NCBI GenBank assembly: GCA_963677435.1
Contig: OY781945.1
Span: 1,760,001-1,824,000, forward strand
Origin: an uncultured Aliarcobacter sp.
GTDB lineage: Bacteria > Campylobacterota > Campylobacteria > Campylobacterales > Arcobacteraceae
DNA: 64,000 nt
Reading direction: 5' to 3'
A model generated the notes under the pieces. That model ran no database searches, was not told the origin of the DNA, and saw only the letters and a program-made list of their open reading frames with translations. Both the position numbers and the translations under genes were made by a program. Below, piece after piece: positions 59,599 through 64,000 of the stretch (its first letter is position 1; every line of letters begins with the position of its first letter).

Positions 59599-59811
59599 TT
59601 ATATTTCCTCTTTTAATTTTAATGTAGCTTTTATTGATTCAAACTGTTCTTGAGTTATTTCACCTTTTGCTAATCGTTTTTTCAGAATATCTAATAAAGA
59701 TGGTTTTTCTTTTATATCAATTGAAACAAATAAATAAAAAAATATTGCCCAAAAAATAAACATTGAAAAACCATGAAATAATGTCATGTTCATATTCATA
59801 AACTCAAACAT
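59599..59811 (-). CDS. SHOCT-domain small membrane protein
   Basis: TM segment followed by ILKKRLAKGEITQEQF. Confidence 0.85.
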   Translation of the reverse strand: MFEFMNMNMTLFHGFSMFIFWAIFFYLFVSIDIKEKPSLLDILKKRLAKGEITQEQFESIKATLKLKEEI

Positions 59812-59833
59812 AATAAATCCTTTTTTTATTTTG

Positions 59834-59865
59834 ATTGTATCAAGAGTGTGTGGAGTGTATGAGTA
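59834..59865 (-). promoter_or_regulatory. Promoter with tandem hexamers (candidate response-regulator box)
   Basis: TACTCA-N5-TCCACA-N9-TACAAT on the minus strand. Confidence 0.45.
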
Positions 59866-59915
59866 AAAACAAATTAGTTTAAAACTTTTATGATAAAATC
59901 TTTTAAAGGATTTTT

Positions 59916-60575
59916 ATGAAAATACTCTTTCTTGAAGATGATATATTACTCAATGAAATTATACAAGAACACTTAGAAAACGAAGGATACCGTGTTAAAT
60001 CAACATTTACTGGATATGAAGCAGAAGAGTTGATATACTCTGAGAAATTTGATTTATTTCTTTTTGATGTTAATGTACCTGGAATTACAGGTTTTGAATT
60101 ATTGAAAAGTGCAAGACAAAATGATATAAAAACACCTACTATTTTTTTAACATCTTTAAATATGGTTGATGATATTGAAAAAGGGTTTGTATCAGGTTGT
60201 GATGATTATGTAAAAAAGCCTATAGAACTAAAAGAATTAGATATAAGAATAAATAATATAAAAAGGTTATTTAATATTTTACCTAATGAAATTATGGAAA
60301 TTTCACGAAATATATATTTAGATAGATTAAATTTATTTATTAAAATAAATGATAAAGAGATACATATTGCAAGAAAAGAGTGTGAAATGCTATTATATTT
60401 AATAAATAATCATAAAAAAGTAATAAGTATTGAAGAATTAAGTACAAATGTTTGGAGTTATGAAGATTCTCCAAATCCATCAACAGTTAGAACATATATA
60501 AAGAATTTGAGAAAAATTCTTGGAGAAAAATTTATTACAAATATAAGAGGAGTAGGTTATAAATTTAACAAATAG
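59916..60575 (+). CDS. OmpR-family response regulator
   Basis: LEDD, FDVNVP, GCDDYVKKP, RGVGY. Confidence 0.92.
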   Translation: MKILFLEDDILLNEIIQEHLENEGYRVKSTFTGYEAEELIYSEKFDLFLFDVNVPGITGFELLKSARQNDIKTPTIFLTSLNMVDDIEKGFVSGCDDYVKKPIELKELDIRINNIKRLFNILPNEIMEISRNIYLDRLNLFIKINDKEIHIARKECEMLLYLINNHKKVISIEELSTNVWSYEDSPNPSTVRTYIKNLRKILGEKFITNIRGVGYKFNK

Positions 60576-61707
60576 TGAAAAAACAACATTTATAAGATTT
60601 TTATCTTTATATTTAGGTTCATCGTTTATTTTAATAGTACTAGTAGCATTTTTATATTATCAAAATCAAAAAAATTTATATTTTGATTTGACAAAATCAG
60701 ATATGCAAAATATTATTTCAAAATTATCGTCAAAAATAATATCTTCACATATGACAAATACAAGTTTAGATACTAGTAAATTATTAGAAACTAAGGAGTA
60801 TAAGATTTCTTTTTACAATGAGAATAAAGAGAAAATTTTTGGTAATTTTGATGATAATATAGATTTTTCAAAAGATTTTCTTCAACATGAAGAACATTTT
60901 GTATTAGTTGATAAATCAACATTGGGTCATCTTGGAATATTTTATATTGTAATTGAAGAAAACTTATTATCTGAAAAGATAAAAGAATTAACAATTAATA
61001 TTATTTTTATTTTTATATTCATTTATTCTATTATTTCTTTAGTTGGATTTTATCTTGCAAAATTATTTCTAAAACCAATAAAAGATGAAAGAGAAAGATT
61101 AAATATTTTTATTAAAGATACAACTCATGAACTAAATACACCAATAAGTGCTATTTTAATGTCAACTGAATCTACTAATTTAACTCATAAACAAATTGAA
61201 AGAGTTAGATTAAGTGCTAAAAGAGTATCTGAAATTTATAAAGATTTAACATATGTATTTTTGGAAAATCATCTACATGAAAAAATTATAAATAAACTTT
61301 CATTGAATACTATAATAAATGAGCAGTTAAAATATTTTGAACCACTTGCATCTAAAAAAAGAATTACAATTACCACAAATTTAGAAGAATTTGAATATAA
61401 AATCAATGAAGATGATTTTATAAGAGTTTTTAATAATTTAGTATCTAATTCAATTAAATATAACAAAATAAGTGGAGAAATAGATATATCTTTAAAAAAT
61501 AAAACTTTAACTATTAAAGATACAGGAATAGGAATTCGAGAAGAAAAAATCAAAAATATTTTCGATAGATATTACAGAGCAACTTCAGAACAAGGTGGTT
61601 TTGGAATAGGATTAAATATTGTAAGTAAAATATGTAAAGATTATAATATAAGAATAGTAGTTGATTCAGAGCTAAATGAAAGTACAACTTTTAAATTAAT
61701 TTTTTAA
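60559..61707 (+). CDS. Sensor histidine kinase; frame open from 60556, probable non-canonical ATA start at 60559
   Basis: The upstream extension adds the first TM (FLSLYLGSSFILIVLVAFLYY); THELNTP, DTGIG, GFGIGL. Confidence 0.85.
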   Translation: MNLTNSEKTTFIRFLSLYLGSSFILIVLVAFLYYQNQKNLYFDLTKSDMQNIISKLSSKIISSHMTNTSLDTSKLLETKEYKISFYNENKEKIFGNFDDNIDFSKDFLQHEEHFVLVDKSTLGHLGIFYIVIEENLLSEKIKELTINIIFIFIFIYSIISLVGFYLAKLFLKPIKDERERLNIFIKDTTHELNTPISAILMSTESTNLTHKQIERVRLSAKRVSEIYKDLTYVFLENHLHEKIINKLSLNTIINEQLKYFEPLASKKRITITTNLEEFEYKINEDDFIRVFNNLVSNSIKYNKISGEIDISLKNKTLTIKDTGIGIREEKIKNIFDRYYRATSEQGGFGIGLNIVSKICKDYNIRIVVDSELNESTTFKLIF

Positions 61708-61725
61708 AAACTTCTATAAAATAAG

Positions 61726-61755
61726 AAACCTTCAAGAGTTAGTACTTGAAGGTTT
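61726..61755. terminator. Bidirectional terminator candidate
   Basis: AAACCTTCAAG ... CTTGAAGGTTT between convergent genes. Confidence 0.65.
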
Positions 61756-61788
61756 TTAAGAAAGATACTAATGAAGGTTTATTAATAA

Positions 61789-62010
61789 TCAACCTCCATA
61801 TCCTGTATTATCAGAATTAAGAAATTCTTGATGTTTTTCTTGTATAGAGAACTCTTTTTTTACTGAATTGTCTTTATTCATTTCATGCATTGATTTATGC
61901 ATAGCCATACATTTTTCTTTATCCATACCCATCATCATGTTATTTTCAGCTGCAAATAAGCTTCCTGCAAATAAACCTGCTACTAAAACTGTAATTGTTA
62001 ATCTTTTCAT
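61789..62010 (-). CDS. Small secreted Met/His-rich protein, possible metal chaperone
   Basis: Signal peptide followed by NNMMMGMDKEKCMAMHKSMHEM; AAGGA RBS. Confidence 0.7.
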   Translation of the reverse strand: MKRLTITVLVAGLFAGSLFAAENNMMMGMDKEKCMAMHKSMHEMNKDNSVKKEFSIQEKHQEFLNSDNTGYGG

Positions 62011-62039
62011 TTTCTATCCTTTGATTTTTTATATGTGTA

Positions 62040-62071
62040 ATTATAATTATTAAATAAGGAAAGAATGTGGA
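62040..62071 (-). promoter_or_regulatory. Promoter with tandem hexamers (candidate response-regulator box)
   Basis: TCCACA-N5-TCCTTA-N9-TATAAT on the minus strand. Confidence 0.45.
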
Positions 62072-62137
62072 AGACTATGTATTTGATTAATTTTTTTATA
62101 AAAAGTTTTAATTTAGAAGCTATTATTTGGAATTGCC

Positions 62138-62377
62138 ATTAAAAAAAGATATATAAGTTTAATAGTAATTTTTTTTATAATAGTTATTTTTATAATATTT
62201 TCAAATAGAAATAATGATACGGGAAGATGGTATAGTGAAAAACAAGTTAAGCTTGGAGAACAAGTATTTCTGAAAAATTGTGCCTCATGTCATGGAGAAA
62301 AAGCAGAAAAAACTATTAATTGGAAAAAAACTTTATCAGATGGCTCATATCCTCCACCTGGAATGACCCCAAGTTAG
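62138..62377 (+). pseudogene. Truncated c-type cytochrome missing from the ORF track
   Basis: TM anchor, then GRWYSEKQVKLGEQVFLKNCASCHGEKA...DGSYPPP; CxxCH at 62279-62293; only an ATT start; cut at ~62359. Confidence 0.75.
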
Positions 62378-62400
62378 TAGATACTTTTTTATTCAGTTAA
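62359..62400. mobile_element. Isolated IS3-family-like terminal inverted repeat remnant
   Basis: TGGAATGACCCCAAGTTAGTAGATAC lies at the junction of two truncated genes; its TG start and TGACCCC core are IS3-like. Confidence 0.45.
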
Positions 62401-62976
62401 CACCTTGGGTTGAGTAACACTATCAAGAATCTAACAACAAATATTCAATATCTTAATGCTATTGATAATTTTGAATCTGAATATTTCGATGCAACATATA
62501 CTTTTGGTCCTATTTTTGTGTCAGGACAATATATAGGAACACAATATGATACAAATGAAAGTGATGGAAACTTTATAGCACTAAAGGTAGGTGCAGAGTA
62601 TAAAGATTTTAATTTTGCAATAGCTACTAGTGAGACAACTTCTGGTGATGTTGAATCTGGATTAGGTTATGGAGCAGATACATCATTTACTGGTAATGAA
62701 ATTTATGGAAGTATCTTCTCTTATAGAAAAGATGCAAAAGCATATAAAGTAAGTTTAGAAAAAGAAATTGATAAACTTAAAATAGGTGCAGCATACGTAT
62801 TTACGGATATGAAAGATAATAAATCAAATGATCAAGAAATAGACTTAACAGGTTCTTATCAATTTACAAAAAATCTCAAATTAGACTTACTTCATGCAAT
62901 AATTGATGGCTCTGAAGATTACAGTAGAGCAAAAGCAGATAGTGAAACTAGAATTAAAGTATCATACTCTTTTTAA
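62401..62976 (+). pseudogene. C-terminal fragment of an outer-membrane porin (Opr/MOMP-like)
   Basis: Amphipathic beta-strand pattern ending RIKVSYSF; no signal peptide or RBS. Confidence 0.65.
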
Positions 62977-62977
62977 A

Positions 62978-63001
62978 TAACTAGCTGTAAAGCTAGTTAT
63001 T
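62978..63001 (+). terminator. Terminator hairpin after the porin fragment
   Basis: ATAACTAGCT-gta-AAGCTAGTTAT. Confidence 0.55.
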
Positions 63002-63068
63002 CATATATTTTATAGTATTGTAATTAGAATTAATATTTAATTCCAATTACAAATCAAGAATGATAACG

Positions 63069-63299
63069 TTAATTATCTTTAGATAAAAAATTAATCCCAT
63101 TAGCTAGATATTGATTCAAAATAATCTCATTTTCACTTATTTTATGATCTGTAATACTATTTTCTGAATATATCAAATCATTTTCAGATTTTTCTAACAT
63201 TAAACCAAATTCAGGATTTTTTTCTTCTTGCTTATTAGTACTATTTTTGTTAATACAATCTGAATTATTAATATTACTTGTAATACTTGAAACTTTCAT
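63069..63299 (-). CDS. Small hypothetical protein
   Basis: 76-aa ORF with AAGGA RBS directly after copA. Confidence 0.55.
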   Translation of the reverse strand: MKVSSITSNINNSDCINKNSTNKQEEKNPEFGLMLEKSENDLIYSENSITDHKISENEIILNQYLANGINFLSKDN

Positions 63300-63312
63300 A
63301 TGAAAGTCCTTT

Positions 63313-64000
63313 CTATTTTAATTTAATATTTTTTAGTCTTAATGCATTTAATATAACAGAAACTGAACTAAAACTCATTGCAGCAGCTGCAATAATAGGT
63401 GATAATAAAATGCCAAAATAAGGATATAAAATACCCGCAGCAATTGGAACACCTGCTGTATTATAAATAAAAGCGAAAAATAAATTTTGTCTTATATTTT
63501 TCATAGTACCTTTACTTAATTTATATGCTTTTATAATGCCATTTAGATCACCTTTAATTAGGGTTATTTCAGCACTTTCTATTGCAATATCAGTACCTGT
63601 TCCCATTGCAATTCCTACATTTGCTGCTGTAAGAGCTGGTGCATCATTTATTCCATCGCCTGCCATTGCTACAATTTTACCTTGAGATTGTAAATCTTTT
63701 ATTACTGATAATTTATCTTCAGGTAAAACATCTGAATAAACTTGTTTAATAGATAACTTTTTTGCCACAGCTTTGGCTGTAATTTCATTATCACCTGTTA
63801 ACATTACTACATTAATTCCTAAAGAATGCAAGTTATCAATAGCTTCTTTTGTTGAAGACTTAATTGGATCAGCAATAGATATAAGTCCTGCTAAAATATT
63901 ATCAATTGCTATAAAAATAACTGTTTGACCATTTTCTCTTAAATCATTTGCTTTTTGCACTGAATCATCTAAATTAATATTTAAATCTTGCATTAATTTT
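63313..64000 (-). CDS. copA: Cu-type P1B ATPase, 3' part (continues beyond the window)
   Basis: [17 protein letters not shown] in TM7 and MSFSS (MxxSS) in TM8. Confidence 0.92.
   Translation of the reverse strand, partial: KLMQDLNINLDDSVQKANDLRENGQTVIFIAIDNILAGLISIADPIKSSTKEAIDNLHSLGINVVMLTGDNEITAKAVAKKLSIKQVYSDVLPEDKLSVIKDLQSQGKIVAMAGDGINDAPALTAANVGIAMGTGTDIAIESAEITLIKGDLNGIIKAYKLSKGTMKNIRQNLFFAFIYNTAGVPIAAGILYPYFGILLSPIIAAAAMSFSSVSVILNALRLKNIKLK

Larger units (their letters stand above)
55776..64000. mobile_element. Putative transposon or genomic island with TA/Fic, resolvase and copper-resistance-type cargo; right end outside the window
   Basis: Abrupt junction at GGCTATATTTAC; serine resolvase, res-like repeats, IS-like end, DUF411, CopA. 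Confidence 0.65.

Noticed and set aside
939..62053. Short ORF-track entries overlapping or antisense to clear genes (e.g. 939..1220, 4248..4466, 29327..29659, 37889..38227, 46627..47055, 61269..61553)
   Set aside because: Shadow ORFs with no RBS or recognisable motifs
1..64000. CRISPR arrays, tRNA, rRNA, riboswitches
   Set aside because: No regularly spaced repeats or GC-rich structured intergenic segments were seen by eye; a covariance-model scan would be needed to exclude small RNAs

Overview
AT-rich bacterial chromosome segment whose gene content and protein styles point to Campylobacterota, most likely Arcobacteraceae (inferred from recognition, not from a search). About 1-55.6 kb is mostly housekeeping and signalling: pepD-like peptidase, ccsBA fusion, cmoB, trpB, dnaJ, recR, dut, argG, trpD, tsaE, lptB, kdsB, polA, lgt, many two-component and c-di-GMP genes. 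Three accessory blocks are embedded in it. (i) A KdpF-like peptide / KdpDE-like / KtrBA potassium module is bracketed by a ~30 bp direct repeat. (ii) A tight four-gene operon encodes an M20 peptidase, two RimK-type ATP-grasp ligases (one fused to ComEA-type helix-hairpin-helix repeats) and a large multidomain M14 carboxypeptidase. This is the best candidate for an uncharacterised system, a possible peptide or polyglutamate write/erase module. (iii) An RraA-GGCT-TM/TPR-ADP-ribosylhydrolase-OvoA run follows. From ~55.78 kb to the window end is a mobile, copper-resistance-like island that appears to interrupt a comEC-like gene. It carries an antitoxin-Fic-PemK-resolvase cassette, OmpR-family regulators, DUF411, a truncated cytochrome c and a porin fragment joined at an IS3-like end, and the 3' part of a CopA-type ATPase. 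No rRNA, tRNA or CRISPR array was seen.
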